From positions 1-64,000 of the IMG/VR virus record IMGVR_UViG_3300028048_000099: a stretch of 64,000 nt of DNA, one strand, 5' to 3'. The position numbers and the translations under genes are program-made. The stretch comes from a virus. Taxonomy: Duplodnaviria; Caudoviricetes. A model generated the notes under the pieces. It was given only the letters and a program-made list of their open reading frames with translations, made no database searches and had not been told where the DNA came from. Below, one piece after another: positions 28,785 to 38,884 of this stretch; the stretch's first letter is position 1; the number at the start of each line of letters is the position of its first letter.

Positions 28785-29615
28785 TTATTCCTTTGGCGGG
28801 TCCGGTATCAAACCATTATGGTCTATCAAATCAGCCTCCATATCTTTCTCAGCCTTGGCGATGATTTTCCCGATTTTATTGGTGTACGCCGAAACGACTT
28901 TCTTCGCCATATTCCTCCACCAGTTATAGTGGCGGTTGAAATTCTTCTGACACGCGTTCTCTATTCCTTTTTTACAGGCCGGGGACTTGTCTTCAATAAA
29001 CTTTTTAATTGCTGAGATGTTCTGGTAAATGTTTGTCTCCTTAACAACATCTATCGGGGCTTTTCCCCAGTTATCCATAATCTCACTGTATAACCCGTTC
29101 ATCTTCCCGTCCTTCTCAAACCTGTTGGCCAAGTATAATGTCCATCCGACAAGTCTCTCATACAGGTCCCCTGTCCGCATCATTCTATTGGCCTTGACAT
29201 ATATATCGGTGTTTTTTGACGTCAAGAGAGGTTTACCGCTCCTGCTTTCCTGGTACGCGTGCTCCACCTCATGCTGTAAAGTGCCCCCCAGGTCTATGTA
29301 ACGGTTCTCGTCCCGGAGAAACACGACAGTTGTTCTTAAGGTTTTAGTCGTGCTGTTATGGGCGCCCAGGTTGGATAAGCCGAGGGAATCAATCTCCGAT
29401 TTATCCTTCACAAAATACACGTCATACAATATCTCTGTCTTCACCCCGAAGAGGTCAAAATCCTTTATGACACCGCTTATTTTGTTTTTGAAAAGGGGTT
29501 TTCTTTTTTTATCCTTTATGATTGCGGACATGATGCCGTTTGTGACATCTTTAACCGTTTCGGATATTCCCAACTCCTCTTTCACCAGTTGCGAAATTTT
29601 CTCAAAAAGCTCCAT
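28785..29615 (-). CDS. Putative zincin metallopeptidase (HExxH), paralog B
   Basis: Start MELFEKISQLVKEELGIS at 29615; TLQHEVEHAYQ plus FEKDG. Confidence 0.65.
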   Translation of the reverse strand: MELFEKISQLVKEELGISETVKDVTNGIMSAIIKDKKRKPLFKNKISGVIKDFDLFGVKTEILYDVYFVKDKSEIDSLGLSNLGAHNSTTKTLRTTVVFLRDENRYIDLGGTLQHEVEHAYQESRSGKPLLTSKNTDIYVKANRMMRTGDLYERLVGWTLYLANRFEKDGKMNGLYSEIMDNWGKAPIDVVKETNIYQNISAIKKFIEDKSPACKKGIENACQKNFNRHYNWWRNMAKKVVSAYTNKIGKIIAKAEKDMEADLIDHNGLIPDPPKE

Positions 29616-30246
29616 TTTCCGTGTCCCTCTTTTTATACATCTTATTTCCCGTCCTCTCATAGTAGCACTTACGGCAGAGGGGCAAATATCTGTCATCGCC
29701 ACCGACCTCAACCTGGTCACCTTCCGTCACGATATTCCCTTGGGTGTCAATCCGCGCGTTGAACATCGTCTTGGTGTCGCACGAGCAGCTTGATTTCACC
29801 TCAATCAGGTCATCCGCGACCTCAAACAGCCTCCGTGACCCCGGAAAAAGGTGTGTCTGGAAATCAGTCCTGAGGCCGAAACACATGACGTTTATCCCGA
29901 GGGTGTCGGCTATCGCGGCCAGCTGGTCGACCTGCTCCGGGGTGAGGAACTGCGCCTCATCCACGAGAATCCACTTCACCTTGGGGTTGAAAAACATCTC
30001 GTCCTTCTGGCACACGTTCCTCGTGAGCTCATAAAGGTTAAGGCCGGGTGATATGCTGGTGCATGACTTGTCCCCGAGGGCCCGGGAGTGAATCACACCC
30101 TCGCCGTCCCTGGTGTCAATGTCGCTCTTGAATATGACATACGGGATTCCCCTCTCCTGGAAATTGTAAGCCGTGGCCAGCAACTGGAGGGATTTCCCGC
30201 TGGACATGCTCCCGTAGTAAAAGAAAAGTTTCTTCCTTTGTGACAT
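29602..30246 (-). CDS. tdk: Thymidine kinase
   Basis: YGSMSSGKS; VDEAQF; FGLRTDF; CSC...CRKC Zn lasso. Confidence 0.95.
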   Translation of the reverse strand: MSQRKKLFFYYGSMSSGKSLQLLATAYNFQERGIPYVIFKSDIDTRDGEGVIHSRALGDKSCTSISPGLNLYELTRNVCQKDEMFFNPKVKWILVDEAQFLTPEQVDQLAAIADTLGINVMCFGLRTDFQTHLFPGSRRLFEVADDLIEVKSSCSCDTKTMFNARIDTQGNIVTEGDQVEVGGDDRYLPLCRKCYYERTGNKMYKKRDTENGAF

Positions 30247-30262
30247 ATCTTCTAAAGAATGG

Positions 30263-30293
30263 AAAAGTTATCCCGGACCGTGTCCGGGATAAC
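30263..30293 (-). terminator. Hairpin / terminator after the SSB gene
   Basis: GTTATCCCGGAC-cgt-GTCCGGGATAAC perfect 12-bp stem. Confidence 0.7.
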
Positions 30294-30299
30294 CTTATT

Positions 30300-31304
30300 T
30301 TAGAAGGGGATGTCCTCGTCCTTCATTATGAGGGAACTGGTGAAATCCCGCTTCTCCTCCACGACCGGCGCCTGGGCTATCCCGGCGTTGGCCATGGCCC
30401 TCTCTATCCCGGCGTTGGCCTCGTTGACCTGGCTGGCGTGCCCCTGTCTCTGGGCGTCAATCTCCTCCTTGTCAACCCACTTGCCCCGCTCCCTGTCATA
30501 CCATGGAATCTTCATCTGGCTGATGAGGGAAAGATACTCGTAAGGCTTGGTGGAGAAAACGTCCTGCCATTTCTTCTCATCATAAATCCACTTCCTCATC
30601 TGCTCCTCATCCCTGGAGAGGGGGGTGCTGAGTGAGGCGTCAAGAATCTGCGGCGCGGCGTTGCCCTCGGTGATGGTCACGTTGAGGTCGCGCCCGTTGT
30701 AAATGTCAAGGATGTTCAGGACCTGTCCGGCACGCTCGCCCTCCTCCTTCCTGAGCTGGTAAAGCTTGAGAATGGTGTTGTAAGGGTCTGTCTTGTCGCT
30801 CCTGATGTTGAACTTCCAGAATTTGACGCCCTCATCCTCCTTGCCGCGCTCAATACAGCGCACGATGACGGCCTCCCTGCTCTTGTTGGCGATGGAGATG
30901 TCCTGGAAATTCTTCTTCTTGATGGGGTCCGCCTCCTTGACGGATTCCTGGTAGGCGCTCTGGTTCAGCTCGCAGAAAGGACACTTGTTGCCATATTTCT
31001 CATGGTCAATGTCCTTGTTCTTTGAGAGACAGATGTAGGATTTGTAACCGCTCTTGGAAACCTCCTTGGGAACACGCACGTTGTGCATGTGGACCTTGAC
31101 AAAGGGGTTCCCGGTCTCGAGGTCCATCGGCAGGAGGCGGATGGTCAGTGTCTTGACTTTCTCACCGCTTTGCTCGTCCAGACGGACATTCAGATAGTTC
31201 TTCTCATTGAAGGTGTTGGTTTTCCCGTAGCCCCTGCCCTCGGTCTCGTTGGTGACCACTATGGACTCGGGAGTGATGTTCGGTAAGTTAATTACGTTAC
31301 CCAT
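30300..31304 (-). CDS. Single-stranded DNA-binding protein (T4 gp32-like)
   Basis: IRLLP...PFVKVHMH; YICL...CPFCE; GVKFWKF; GRDL; acidic tail DEDIPF. Confidence 0.85.
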   Translation of the reverse strand: MGNVINLPNITPESIVVTNETEGRGYGKTNTFNEKNYLNVRLDEQSGEKVKTLTIRLLPMDLETGNPFVKVHMHNVRVPKEVSKSGYKSYICLSKNKDIDHEKYGNKCPFCELNQSAYQESVKEADPIKKKNFQDISIANKSREAVIVRCIERGKEDEGVKFWKFNIRSDKTDPYNTILKLYQLRKEEGERAGQVLNILDIYNGRDLNVTITEGNAAPQILDASLSTPLSRDEEQMRKWIYDEKKWQDVFSTKPYEYLSLISQMKIPWYDRERGKWVDKEEIDAQRQGHASQVNEANAGIERAMANAGIAQAPVVEEKRDFTSSLIMKDEDIPF

Positions 31305-31445
31305 TGTTTGAAAAATTTTTTGTTAAAATTATTATTTGTTATAAAAAACCATAAGCTGTACCTATAGTACAGAAAATTATCGTAAAAAACAAAAAGGGCA
31401 CAAGATTTCTCCTGTACCCATAAATAGTCCCAAAAATCCAATTCC

Positions 31446-32294
31446 TTAAAGCCCAAGCAAAGTTTTCAGGGTGGAATTCTCGTTGTCCCTCAAAGTTTTC
31501 GCTATGCTTGAGTAATCCGTGGCGTTGCGCACGTCGTCCCTGGTGATTGTGTACCTGGGCTCCCCGACGCCGTTACGGTCGTCCTCCGGGCTATAGTTCT
31601 CGGGGGCGTCATTCTCCATATACTCCTCAGGGGTCTCCTGGAAGGGTTTGGACTGGAGTGAGCGCATGGTCAACCTCTCAACCGAGGTGGGGTTCCTCTT
31701 CTCAAACTCCGACTCGAGGTTTCTCATGAACTCGGCGTTTGACTTCAACTCACCCTGGAACTCGCTGAACTTCTCAAGAAAACTCTCAAACTTGTCCGTG
31801 AGTTTGTCAATGGCCTCCTCGTTCCTCTTCTGCCCGTCAACAAGCTCGTCAACATCTATGACTTCCTCGTCCTCTCCGCCTTCCTGTTGCTGGTTTCCCT
31901 GCTGGTCGTCAGGAATAGCCTCATCAAAACTTTCCTGGGCCACATTAGCGTCAGCGGGGGCTCCGTCCTGAGGGGCGAATCCCGGGACACCCTGCGCGGC
32001 GTTGGGGTCGGCTCCCGGCATGGGGGCTGCTCCACCCGCGGCCATAGGGTCAGCTCCGGGCATGGGGGCGGCTCCGCCAGCCATAGGGTCGGCACCCATA
32101 CCCATTCCGGGGTCCCCGGCGGGCATGGCTCCACCCGCGGCCGCAGGGTCAGCCATTCCGGTGGCGTCATCAAGACCGTCACCGTTTCCGTCAACCTCCT
32201 CAAGATTGCCTCCGGCGGTGACATATTCCATCAAATAATTAAAGCGCTTAACCCCCTCAAGCAGACCTTTCTCCTTTAAGAACCTCTTGTCCAT
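31446..32294 (-). CDS. Acidic low-complexity protein, putative prohead core/scaffold component
   Basis: LKE/LLE/LME/LEE motifs at the N-terminus; GADPMAGGAAPMP tandem repeats; coiled coil; RNPTSVERLTMRSL. Confidence 0.55.
   Translation of the reverse strand: MDKRFLKEKGLLEGVKRFNYLMEYVTAGGNLEEVDGNGDGLDDATGMADPAAAGGAMPAGDPGMGMGADPMAGGAAPMPGADPMAAGGAAPMPGADPNAAQGVPGFAPQDGAPADANVAQESFDEAIPDDQQGNQQQEGGEDEEVIDVDELVDGQKRNEEAIDKLTDKFESFLEKFSEFQGELKSNAEFMRNLESEFEKRNPTSVERLTMRSLQSKPFQETPEEYMENDAPENYSPEDDRNGVGEPRYTITRDDVRNATDYSSIAKTLRDNENSTLKTLLGL
32005..32110 (-). repeat. Coding tandem repeat (GADPMA(A)GGAAPMP)
   Basis: About 2.5 copies of a 39-42 nt unit. Confidence 0.75.
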
Positions 32295-32295
32295 A

Positions 32296-32571
32296 TTAGT
32301 CGTTGAGCACTTGCCTGTTATCTTCGGTGAGAACTATCTTTGAGCTCTCGGTCCTCTCAATGAGACCCTTGTCCTTCTTAAGGACCTTGACATTGTTGGC
32401 GGCCTTCATGTCATTCATGATTTTCTCGGCCTTGCTGACCTTCTCGTCCATATTCCCGTTTTTTATCTCCTTATTTTCCGCGAGCGGGTTGGTGACCACA
32501 GGCTCCTGGGCCGGTCTGACCTGCTCGGGAACTCCTTTCCTCTTGTATTTGATAACCTGTTTAATCTGCAT
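32296..32571 (-). CDS. Small late protein
   Basis: KKDKGLIERTESSKIVLTEDNRQVL; ACTATTTAT at 32592-32600. Confidence 0.7.
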   Translation of the reverse strand: MQIKQVIKYKRKGVPEQVRPAQEPVVTNPLAENKEIKNGNMDEKVSKAEKIMNDMKAANNVKVLKKDKGLIERTESSKIVLTEDNRQVLND

Positions 32572-32632
32572 GGCAGTAGATTTTTATATTAATAAATAGT
32601 CCGTTATGCCAAAAACGAAAAAAAGCGGCTTC

Positions 32633-33226
32633 CTACCCGAAAAGATACGGGATTATATAGTCCTTCCCCTTTATCCTGTACCTCGTCTCCCTCGGCACGT
32701 CCTCATCCTTGCGGAGTATCCTGACGGCGTCATTTTTATAGAGGGCCGAGAAAACCCGCTTCCTCAAACCGGGGTCAAGGTAATCACAATCCCTCAGCGA
32801 GACCCCGAAAACCCTGGATATCCCGTCATAACATATATAAAGCATGTCGTTTGACGCGTACACCGTTTTGGGTGAGGGTGAGGACAGGGACGCGACAAAG
32901 GACTCAAGCCTCTCCGGCGGCGCGGACAGTATGTCAAAAAAGACATACCCGACGGTCTCAAAGAGTGTCTTGAGAGCCAGCTCCCGGAACCTCCTCGTGT
33001 TCTCCTCGTATTTCTCCCTCCTCTCGTATTTCCCGTAGGTCCAATACACGCCCTTCCCCACCGGCCACTCCACGATGGACGCGCCCGGGTATTCCGCCTT
33101 GGTCTTCTCCCAACCCACCACGAGTGTCGGGAGCCCCTCCTTTAACGAGCCCTTATCGGACACCACGTTATAGAGGACCTCATCCGGAAACGGGTCGTCG
33201 GTCAGTATGTTGGCTATGTGTCTCAT
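32633..33226 (-). CDS. Hypothetical protein
   Basis: 197 aa; own promoter-like TTTG-N19-TATCTTTA at 33234-33264. Confidence 0.75.
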   Translation of the reverse strand: MRHIANILTDDPFPDEVLYNVVSDKGSLKEGLPTLVVGWEKTKAEYPGASIVEWPVGKGVYWTYGKYERREKYEENTRRFRELALKTLFETVGYVFFDILSAPPERLESFVASLSSPSPKTVYASNDMLYICYDGISRVFGVSLRDCDYLDPGLRKRVFSALYKNDAVRILRKDEDVPRETRYRIKGKDYIIPYLFG

Positions 33227-33277
33227 TCCGGATTAAAGATACATTTTTTATCCGGAATTTCAAAATGGCGGCTAACT

Positions 33278-36200
33278 TTACGGCTCCTCAATTGAGCCGC
33301 CCGGAGTCGTGCCCACGAGGAACGTCACGGGTTTGCCCGCCTCCCTCATTCTCTTGACAAACCTGAAAACCTCGGCGTACAGCTCGCGGGACTCGGCCTT
33401 GAGGTCCTCCTTGCTGAAATCAACCGGTCCGGTGGTTGAGGCCGGATACAGCATCACGGGCGCGACCCCGCCGAGACACACCTCGTCAAATCCCCCCTTC
33501 TCAAAGCGGGAATAATCCGTCACGCCGGGGATAATCTCCGCGCGTTTCCGTCCCATCTTGGGGTCGCTCACAACAAGGTGCCTCCCCTCGGTGAACGAGA
33601 AGAAACCGTCATTGGGGTCCCTATACTCCTCACCGGCGAAAGGGGCCTCCGCCGCGACCTTGGAATAGCGGCCGAAAGGAAGCGCGAAGAAAACCGACAT
33701 GTCCTCCGGCCTGACATTCTCTATGCGCTTGTTCAGGACACCCTCGGGCTCTATGGTGTAACCGGTGTCAATGAATGACTTGTCAAGGTTCCCGTCATTG
33801 TCGTAAATCCTGACGGAGAAAAGCCCGTTAATCCATTTCGGGCTCGTGTGCGCGTCCGACCTCTCAACCGCGAGGACCACGCCCTTCACGTTGGCCGGGT
33901 CGACCTTGTCAAGGGGCCTCTCCGGCGCCGGGGGATTGTCGTCATGCTCCTCCACTTTAGGCACAAGGTCCTCCTGGTCCTGGGACTTGTTCCCTGGCGC
34001 GGGGGCGGTCAGTAGCTCATCATCCGTATAAGGCACTGTCTGCCGCGCCTGCCTGACACCCGTGAACGTCGTCTGCATGCCCTCAACCGTGATTGAGTGC
34101 TGCACGCTCGTAATCATGTACGCGCCCTTCCACATCGCTATATTGTTGAGCTGGAAATACATCAGGGGACTTATCTGCGCGTCTCCCATCATGTCTACCG
34201 TACAGGAGTAGGAATAGTTGGAAAAGACCCCGTAAAGGTCCTGTCCCACGACCGAGGTCTCCCTGGGTCCCCTGTTATTCTGGTAGGATATCATCAGGGT
34301 GTTCTTCAGGGCGTACTCCGTGACCTGGTGCTCACTCATGTTCAGGCGCACGTTCTTGAAAAACGACTGGTTCTGTTTCGCGAATGTCACGCCGAAGGCG
34401 GGGACCACGAAAGAGTCCGGACCCGAGTCGGCGAAAAAGGGGACTGAGTCTATCGGAGCTATCTTTCCCCACGTGTCCGCTATGTCAAAACCGTCGGACT
34501 TGTACCCCATCTTGCCGGACTTGTCCTTGACATCAAGGAAAGAGGACTTGGGACTTGAATAGAGGACCACGAAACTGGTCTCTATGTCATCCCCGTGCAC
34601 GGCGTCATTATACGGGAAAGCCTTGAAAACGTCCTCTATGGAGCTCCTCCTGTCCTCGGAACCGTTACGGGCGAGACCTAACGCCAGGGGGAGGGTGAGT
34701 ATTGAGCATTTCGCCTTCTGCGCCACCGTGCTGAGAATCTTTAGAATGGAGTCACCGGCGAGGTTAAACTCATCCGTGTCCTCCGTGAAGCCTCCGAGCT
34801 TACAGAGCAAATCAATCACATCGGATAGGTTTGTCTCAACCTTCATCCCGCTGTCATGGTAAAACTCGTCAATGTAATAGAAGCGGCTGAAATCGCTGCG
34901 TACGCCTCCCCCGTTGGTCTTTAGCCTCTCAGGATTGCAACTGAAATACCAGCTTTCACGCCTCCTGCTGCATAACCATCTGTCGTACAGGCTTTTAAGG
35001 GCTATATAGATAGCGAGACGCACCTTGTCACCCTTGAACTGTGTCGGCACCTCATACTCATCCTTGGGCACACCGTCAGACGTGGTCCCGTCATTATTCT
35101 TAAGCCGCTCCTCTGATATATTGTTCTGCTCCTTGAGGATTTTAAGGAAGGATGACACCGCCTCGGTTATGGCGTTTTCCGTGATAGGCGTTTTCCTGTC
35201 ATCCAGGTTCGCGTAATCAAGCACGGAGTCAAAACCGAAATAGAAATCGGAGAAATAGGAAATGAATTCCCTCATCCCGACGCTTGTCATGTCGGCCGGA
35301 TTCCGCATAAGCACACCTGTCCTCAGTTTTCCGTTTGTTTTACCGAGTTTCCCGTCCTCCCCGATGTCATAAATCTTCATCAGGGTATCCCCGTTCTCAA
35401 ACTCACTCGCGTACTGAGCCGTCACGGCGGAGCCGCAGTTCTCGGGCGAGAGAGGCTCCTTAACGGTTAGCCCTCCCACGGTATTCTCTGTCCATAACCC
35501 CAGAATCCTCTCAATATCGTAAAAAGACAACGCGGGGAAGGGGTTGTTTGACCCGGTAGCCTCCGCCCCCTCCTCCGGGAGGCTGTTTCCAGTAGCCCAA
35601 TCAAGAAAATATTTCGTGAGTGTCTTTTTTCTCGCGGCGGTTACGTTAGCCGGTAACATGGATGTGCTTCCGGTGAGGAACTTCTTCCCGAGGCGTGGGT
35701 CATACCGCTCCACGTCCTCCAGGGCATCAACTCTCGAGCCCTTGACATTGTACACGTAATTGATTGGGTCAACGCCTCTATTAAGAAACGCCTCCCTCCA
35801 ATATGCCGCGCCCTCCCTCAGAAGGAGTGTGGTGGGATAATCACCGTTCTCAACCTTTCCCGGCAGGAAAAAGTTCCCATCAGTGCCTGCCATATACGGT
35901 ATTCCGAAAAGGAAAAGATACGCCCTCGCGACCTGCGACTCCTGGGCGTAATAGAGGGGGTCCATGAAAATGTTGGTCACACCGGCCTGGCTCTTGCGGA
36001 AGGACGGCATCATGAAAACCCTCCCGCCCGTGGAGGAGTTTTTGTAAATATCCCCGACGCTTGACGCCTTTCCGAACGCCCCGATGCCAAAATACAGGCC
36101 GGCTATGGACTTGGGACATTTCCCATAGTTGGTGAAAAGGGACGACGCCTTGACAAAGTCACCGGTGGGGTGTTTCGCGAACTCCCTCTCAATAAAACCG

Positions 36201-38875
36201 CCACCGTTATATAAAGAGCAGGTGTACTCATTGGAACGGGTGTCCCTGCCCGAGATACGCAGGAACTTGCCGGTGTTCTCAAAACCTCCGGGCCACGCGG
36301 ACAGCTTGGCGCTCTCCAGAATCTCAGGGTTGAACGTCCCCAGGGGATAAAGATATGTCCCGGAGTCCTCATCCTTTATCCAACGGTATGACAACTCGTT
36401 GTATGTGCTGAGAGTCGTGAAGAGGGGTGTGTCGCCGGAAAAGATTTTCTTGACGAACTCACCGGGGTTTGACCCGTACATGTGGAGCTCCGTGATGAAC
36501 TCCTGTGTCGGGTTCATTCCTATGAGGTTGAAAGCCCTCTTGACGTTCTCCGCCTCAAGCTCGGCTATGAGACGGGCCTTCTTGAGCGGGGGCATGTCGT
36601 GACCCATGAAAAACGCGAAGTAACACCTGAGGATGAAAACCTCGGCGACTTTCCGCAATGTGCCCGGAACGTTTATCGAGTACTCGTTCAACACGTCAGT
36701 GTACGGGTTGTTCCTCATGCCGGTCGCTATGTCATAATAATTCGTCGGGACAAGGTTGCCGTCAAGCGGAATCTTGTTGTCCCTCGGTCTCACGGGCTGG
36801 TAAGTCTTCTCGTCAAGGGCCGTGGCGTTTATGATAGCCTCAACCAGCCTCACCTCCTCAAGATTTTTCCCCGCCTCCAACGAGCCGGGCCAGACCATGA
36901 CCACTTTCGTGTCCTCGGAATCCTTGACCTGCTCCTCCTTGTAAAACATCGTGAACGGGGGAATCTTGCCGCCGTGCGATGAGGGACTTTTTAAGGTGTT
37001 CTCGTTGACATCTATCGTGATGCCGCCACCCACGAAGTTCTCGGCCTTTCTGGAGTTATCCGTGCTTGACAGGAGACTCCAGCGTATCCTGTCAAGGGTG
37101 TTGTAAAAAATCGACATGAACGTGTCAATATGGGCGAAAACCATGTTGAACATGTTCTTTATCGTGGGTTTCAGGCCTATCATATGCATGACTTCTATAT
37201 CCCTGGTCTTCTCCCATTCGGCCTTTAAGGCGTCGGCGCTCTTCTTGAGTCCCTGCATGGTGTCCTCTATATGGGTGAAATACCTGATATTATCAATAGA
37301 GAAAGCAATCAGCGTCTGCTCTTTCTTGTCGGATTTCGGGGATATGGGGGAATCGGACGTCCAATTGTCAAAACGCCTCTTAACCTCCTTGACAAGGTCA
37401 GCGTAATAGGGCTCCACCGAGGGGTTGGACAGGCTGTATGTCGGGTTGCCCGCGGAGCTTGACGTCCCGGTGGCCGGCATGGAGATATAGTCCAGCGTGT
37501 ACTTCTCCTTATTGGAGTCGTTGATACGGAAACGGAGGGAGACCACATGTCCGTCAAGGAGCTTATGGACCTCCTCGTCCGTGTAGTCCGTCAGGAGGAC
37601 ACTCTGGGTCGTGGATTTGGTGGCCGCGGCCTTCTTCTCGCTCAACTCCTTGCTGGCCTTGTAAATGTCGCTGAACACGGACTGCTCCTTAATCATCCTG
37701 TCCTCTGTCGACACCGCGGAGCTGCTGGGGTTCTTGGCCAGCTCGTTATACTCCTCCAACGCTTTTGAGAACCTGAGGAAATTGGTCAATATGAGACGGT
37801 TGTTCTCCGGGGACTCGTCAAGGGGCACGAAGAAATAACCCTTGCCTTCCTTGTCAAGGGACGTCTTTGACCATGACCACCATTTCAGGTCTTTGTGTAT
37901 GGGGGGATAATAAGGCTTGACCTCATTCTTGATTTTGTCATAGAGAATCACCAGCTGCTTCCGCTCAAGCTCCTCCTTGGAGTTGGCGTGCACCTTCTCA
38001 GCGTTCTCAGTAAGGCTTTTGACCAATGTCCTCAACTCGGGAAAAGTATACATCGTGTGCGACAGGGACTGCGCGCCCGGCGCCCCGGATGAGGACTCGA
38101 GATAGCAGAAATCATCACTCGCCTTCTTCTCCTCCCAGGTGTTCTTTCCGTAAAGGTCAATATATGGCGCGAGATAAACGAACGGGAAAGGGAGGTCGGC
38201 GTACATGCCGTACATATAGCCGATGAAGTTCGCGGAAACCTCAAAATTGCCGGTCTGGGAGTTGAACTCAATGTTGGTGCTCACGACACTCAGGTCATAG
38301 GTCACCTCCTTTCCGTAGAACCCCTTGACACTGAGTTTGAAAAGCGGGTACGGGAAACTGAAGAACGCCTTGAAGAAGTCGCTGTTCGTCAGGTTTGAGT
38401 CACTCTTGCCGGTGGAGGCCCTGCCGTTGTTATAGTACTCGTACTCGGAGGGCTGCATGAGGGAGGCCCCGCGGACGTCAATGAACTTGATGTCAACGCT
38501 TGGGGTGTACCAGCTGGTGTACTTTATGTTAATTGACTCAATTCCCAGGCACTCCCTCGTGTTCGTGTCCGGGTCGTTCATACTTATGTCCGTGAAGTTC
38601 GTCGTGAGATAACCCTGCTCGTCCCCGTTCGCGGTACCGTCTATGAAAGACAGCGTGCCGTTGTCGGACGAGAACTCCAGGGCCTTCCCGAGAATGTCCC
38701 TGCCGCTCCCGGGCAAGCCGCAATCGTAACGGTTGCCGTTGACAACCCTCAGGTTAACCGAGAACGAGTAGTTCTCATAGGGTTGTGGTATGCCGTTCTG
38801 TATCGGGCCGTCCGTGAAAAGACTGTTCGGCTCGATATACTCTATCCTGCCCGACCTCTGTACCTTGTCCGCCAT
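33278..38875 (-). CDS. Large baseplate hub protein (gp27/gpD-like) with C-terminal DUF5675-like domain
   Basis: LGIESINIKY...IKFIDVRG; CTVDMMGDAQI...GAYMITSVQHSI...TTFTGVR; position after tape measure and gp53-like genes. Confidence 0.7.
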   Translation of the reverse strand: MADKVQRSGRIEYIEPNSLFTDGPIQNGIPQPYENYSFSVNLRVVNGNRYDCGLPGSGRDILGKALEFSSDNGTLSFIDGTANGDEQGYLTTNFTDISMNDPDTNTRECLGIESINIKYTSWYTPSVDIKFIDVRGASLMQPSEYEYYNNGRASTGKSDSNLTNSDFFKAFFSFPYPLFKLSVKGFYGKEVTYDLSVVSTNIEFNSQTGNFEVSANFIGYMYGMYADLPFPFVYLAPYIDLYGKNTWEEKKASDDFCYLESSSGAPGAQSLSHTMYTFPELRTLVKSLTENAEKVHANSKEELERKQLVILYDKIKNEVKPYYPPIHKDLKWWSWSKTSLDKEGKGYFFVPLDESPENNRLILTNFLRFSKALEEYNELAKNPSSSAVSTEDRMIKEQSVFSDIYKASKELSEKKAAATKSTTQSVLLTDYTDEEVHKLLDGHVVSLRFRINDSNKEKYTLDYISMPATGTSSSAGNPTYSLSNPSVEPYYADLVKEVKRRFDNWTSDSPISPKSDKKEQTLIAFSIDNIRYFTHIEDTMQGLKKSADALKAEWEKTRDIEVMHMIGLKPTIKNMFNMVFAHIDTFMSIFYNTLDRIRWSLLSSTDNSRKAENFVGGGITIDVNENTLKSPSSHGGKIPPFTMFYKEEQVKDSEDTKVVMVWPGSLEAGKNLEEVRLVEAIINATALDEKTYQPVRPRDNKIPLDGNLVPTNYYDIATGMRNNPYTDVLNEYSINVPGTLRKVAEVFILRCYFAFFMGHDMPPLKKARLIAELEAENVKRAFNLIGMNPTQEFITELHMYGSNPGEFVKKIFSGDTPLFTTLSTYNELSYRWIKDEDSGTYLYPLGTFNPEILESAKLSAWPGGFENTGKFLRISGRDTRSNEYTCSLYNGGGFIEREFAKHPTGDFVKASSLFTNYGKCPKSIAGLYFGIGAFGKASSVGDIYKNSSTGGRVFMMPSFRKSQAGVTNIFMDPLYYAQESQVARAYLFLFGIPYMAGTDGNFFLPGKVENGDYPTTLLLREGAAYWREAFLNRGVDPINYVYNVKGSRVDALEDVERYDPRLGKKFLTGSTSMLPANVTAARKKTLTKYFLDWATGNSLPEEGAEATGSNNPFPALSFYDIERILGLWTENTVGGLTVKEPLSPENCGSAVTAQYASEFENGDTLMKIYDIGEDGKLGKTNGKLRTGVLMRNPADMTSVGMREFISYFSDFYFGFDSVLDYANLDDRKTPITENAITEAVSSFLKILKEQNNISEERLKNNDGTTSDGVPKDEYEVPTQFKGDKVRLAIYIALKSLYDRWLCSRRRESWYFSCNPERLKTNGGGVRSDFSRFYYIDEFYHDSGMKVETNLSDVIDLLCKLGGFTEDTDEFNLAGDSILKILSTVAQKAKCSILTLPLALGLARNGSEDRRSSIEDVFKAFPYNDAVHGDDIETSFVVLYSSPKSSFLDVKDKSGKMGYKSDGFDIADTWGKIAPIDSVPFFADSGPDSFVVPAFGVTFAKQNQSFFKNVRLNMSEHQVTEYALKNTLMISYQNNRGPRETSVVGQDLYGVFSNYSYSCTVDMMGDAQISPLMYFQLNNIAMWKGAYMITSVQHSITVEGMQTTFTGVRQARQTVPYTDDELLTAPAPGNKSQDQEDLVPKVEEHDDNPPAPERPLDKVDPANVKGVVLAVERSDAHTSPKWINGLFSVRIYDNDGNLDKSFIDTGYTIEPEGVLNKRIENVRPEDMSVFFALPFGRYSKVAAEAPFAGEEYRDPNDGFFSFTEGRHLVVSDPKMGRKRAEIIPGVTDYSRFEKGGFDEVCLGGVAPVMLYPASTTGPVDFSKEDLKAESRELYAEVFRFVKRMREAGKPVTFLVGTTPGGSIEEP

Positions 38876-38884
38876 TCGCTGATA

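Noticed and set aside
32005-32110. Short repeats resembling a CRISPR array
   Set aside because: This is an in-frame peptide repeat without unique spacers. I saw no CRISPR array, tRNA or rRNA in the window.
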